64,000 nt of DNA from Anaerolineales bacterium (GTDB taxonomy: Bacteria; Chloroflexota; Anaerolineae; Anaerolineales; UBA11858): positions 59,837-123,836 of the forward strand of contig JAWLER010000002.1 of assembly GCA_041686005.1 (NCBI GenBank), given 5' to 3'. Below, piece by piece: positions 61,709 to 64,000 of this stretch. The position numbers and the translations under genes were made by a program. Each line of letters begins with the position of its first letter. Position 1 is the stretch's first letter. Below the pieces are notes generated by a model. The model saw only the letters and a list, made by a program, of their open reading frames with translations. It was not told the DNA's origin and made no database searches.

Positions 61709-62086
61709 ATGAATGAATCATCATCGTGGATCGCTGCCTGTGGGTTGGACTGCGAGACTTGCCCCATCCGCCTCCTTCCCTTTGACGAGGAAGCTGCTGA
61801 ACGGGTGATTGGCTGGTACCGGGAGGAAGGCTGGCTGGAGGAGGACGAGGGGTTCAGTGAAGCCCTTGAACGTGGGATGTACTGCCAGGGCTGCCATGGC
61901 GACCGCGACCTGCATTGGTCACCAGATTGCTGGATCCTGCTCTGTTGCGTGGATGAGAAGGATCTCAACAACTGCAGCGAATGTGGGGAATTCCCCTGCG
62001 ACCAATTGGTGGACTGGTCCCAGGAGAGGGAAGCTTACCAAAAGGCTTTCGCGCGACTTAAGAAAATGCACACAGCGAGGTCTTGA
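61709..62086 (+). CDS. DUF3795-like Cys-rich protein
   Basis: AACGLDCETC, CQGC, CWILLCC, CSECGEFPC. Confidence 0.78.
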   Translation: MNESSSWIAACGLDCETCPIRLLPFDEEAAERVIGWYREEGWLEEDEGFSEALERGMYCQGCHGDRDLHWSPDCWILLCCVDEKDLNNCSECGEFPCDQLVDWSQEREAYQKAFARLKKMHTARS

Positions 62087-62239
62087 TAACCTCGCAATTT
62101 GTATACGGCAAAAGGTTTGAGAGGGGGTTTTTACGTTTAATAGGGGAGGGAATTTGATCAAGCCCACTGCAGCGTTCTCAGTGGGGGATATTTCTATGGA
62201 TACCCGTTTACCTTAGCAGGGCAAAAGGAGACTGTTGGT

Positions 62240-64000
62240 CTAGCGGAGCGCCATCCGGATATCGACCGCTACCGCACCTTTACCCTCCGGCAGAACCCGC
62301 AGGGGGTTGATTTCGACTTCATCGATAGCTGGGAAGTCCGCCACCAGTTGTGCCAATCTGATTAAGGTGTCTCTCACCGCCTCGATATCCGCGGGAAGGA
62401 GGTTCCTGTAACCGCGCAGTTTCGTGCCAGCCCAGGTGCTGTCCAGCATGTAATCCAGGTCTTTCTCGGTCAAAGGGGCAAGGCCGAAGGCGATGTCCTT
62501 CAACCCTTCCACTTCCGTCCCGCCGGAGCCGAACATGACCAATCCCCCGAACTGCGGATCCTGGATCGCGCCGATGATGACCTCCTGTCCAGAGGGGATC
62601 ATCTTCTGCACGTACACGCCGTCAATATCCGCTTCCGGTAAAGCGTCTTGGGCTTGTTGGAGGATGGCTTTGTATCCGCTGCGCACCGACCCTTCATCCC
62701 CCAGGTCCAGATGTACCCCCCCCACATCCGATTTATGGGGGATCTCGGCGGAGGCGATTTTCAGGACCACGGGGAGCCCCAACTCACGAGCCATCTCGAC
62801 GGCTTGTCCTTCTGACCGGGCCAATTCCGTCCTGGCAGCCCGGATGCCGTAGGCTGTAAATATGTCTTGGACGATGTCCGAGTTAATCGACCTTCCCTCA
62901 TCCAATGTGGCGAGGATGCCCCGGACCGCATCCTGATCGATGCCTTCTGGGCGAACAGGTTCTGCCCGGGCAAAGTCCAGCAAATGGGCCCGTTCGCAGA
63001 GGGCGTTGATGGCGGCTGCGGCTCGTTCGGGAAACCGGTATTCAGGGATTCGGGCTGCGCGCAGATGTTCCACCGCTTCCTGGATCAGGCGCTCTCCCAT
63101 CACGGAGACCACGACCGGTTTTTCAGACCCGTGGATGATAGGGATGATAGCCTTGGCCACCGACCCGGCGGTGTACAGGGGAGGGGTGGGATAGATGACC
63201 ATCACACTGTCCGTGTGGGGATCGTCGAGCATCAGTTTCAAACAGGTGGCGAATTGATCGGGGGTGGCGGATGCCAGTATGTCCACCGGGTTCTCAAGGC
63301 TGGCTGCGTCGGGGAGGATTTCCTGTAATGAATGCACCGTCGCCTCGGTGAAGGAGGCCATTTCCATCCCTAGTTCCTCCAAAGCGTCCGCTGCGGTCAC
63401 GCCCGGTCCCCCAGCGTTGGTCAGCACGCCCACACGGTTTCCTTCGGGGAGAGGACACCAGGCCAGGGCTCGGGCTTGATCGAACATCTCTTCACTGGTC
63501 TCCGCCCGCAGCACCCCCCCGCGCCGGAACGCGGCATCATACGCGTGTTCCTGACCTGCCAGAGCGCCGGTGTGAGAGGCTACTGCCTTTCTCCCCGCTT
63601 CGTACTTTCCCACTTTGAGGGCGATGATCGGTTTCTTTTGGACCACAGCCCGCGCTTCGGAAACAAATCTGCGTCCCGCTTTCACCCCTTCCAGATAAAG
63701 GGCCAGCACGTTGGTGTGACCATCTTCCGCGACCGGTTCCAATAGATCCGTTTCGCTGACATCCGCCTGGTTGCCCAGGCTGACCAAGCGGGAGATGCCG
63801 TAACCCTGGCCGCGGGCCCAGTCGATGGCAGCAGCGCAGATGGCGCCCGATTGGGACAGGAAAGCGACGTCACCGGGTGTGGGACCGGGTGGGGGCAGGA
63901 AGGTGGTGTCGATGGGCAGGTGCGTGTCGAGCAGACCGATACAGTTGGGACCGATCAGACGGATGCCTTCTTGGGTTGCGACCTGAAGCATGTCTTCTTC
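62240..64000 (-). CDS. Acetate/acyl-CoA ligase (ADP-forming), fused alpha/beta, 5' end outside the window
   Basis: IGPNCIG, SQSGA, SLGNQAD, SHTGALAG, NAGGPG, HKSDVGGV, EINPL. Confidence 0.92.
   Translation of the reverse strand, partial: EEDMLQVATQEGIRLIGPNCIGLLDTHLPIDTTFLPPPGPTPGDVAFLSQSGAICAAAIDWARGQGYGISRLVSLGNQADVSETDLLEPVAEDGHTNVLALYLEGVKAGRRFVSEARAVVQKKPIIALKVGKYEAGRKAVASHTGALAGQEHAYDAAFRRGGVLRAETSEEMFDQARALAWCPLPEGNRVGVLTNAGGPGVTAADALEELGMEMASFTEATVHSLQEILPDAASLENPVDILASATPDQFATCLKLMLDDPHTDSVMVIYPTPPLYTAGSVAKAIIPIIHGSEKPVVVSVMGERLIQEAVEHLRAARIPEYRFPERAAAAINALCERAHLLDFARAEPVRPEGIDQDAVRGILATLDEGRSINSDIVQDIFTAYGIRAARTELARSEGQAVEMARELGLPVVLKIASAEIPHKSDVGGVHLDLGDEGSVRSGYKAILQQAQDALPEADIDGVYVQKMIPSGQEVIIGAIQDPQFGGLVMFGSGGTEVEGLKDIAFGLAPLTEKDLDYMLDSTWAGTKLRGYRNLLPADIEAVRDTLIRLAQLVADFPAIDEVEINPLRVLPEGKGAVAVDIRMALR

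Overview
Bacterial chromosomal segment with moderately high GC. Gene content (Pro/Thr-rich lipoproteins, NBR1-Ig and LysM proteins, Gram-positive-type LexA box, leaderless genes) suggests Chloroflexota, probably Anaerolineae; this is inference. Most of it is housekeeping and metabolism: priA (partial), trpS, dtd, miaB, queG, dus, radA, rnhA, uvrA, msrA/msrB, a Fur/Zur-regulated metal ABC operon, a sugar-type ABC cluster with duplicated binding proteins, a cooC pair with DUF3786, three tRNAs and a partial ADP-forming acyl-CoA synthetase. Signals the ORF track misses: (1) an intact IS110 element (28689-30435) with a CT core, a circle-junction promoter and a readable bridge-RNA target loop whose guide matches a Shine-Dalgarno sequence, inserted exactly in the RBS of a neighbouring gene; (2) two in-frame-UGA selenoprotein genes (Rdx CxxU and a membrane thioredoxin UxxC) with SECIS-like hairpins; (3) a leader-peptide/terminator attenuator upstream of a SWIM protein; (4) a LexA box on an unknown small gene divergent from radA; (5) frequent leaderless genes; (6) two pseudogene remnants. 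All calls come from reading the sequence; no database searches were run.
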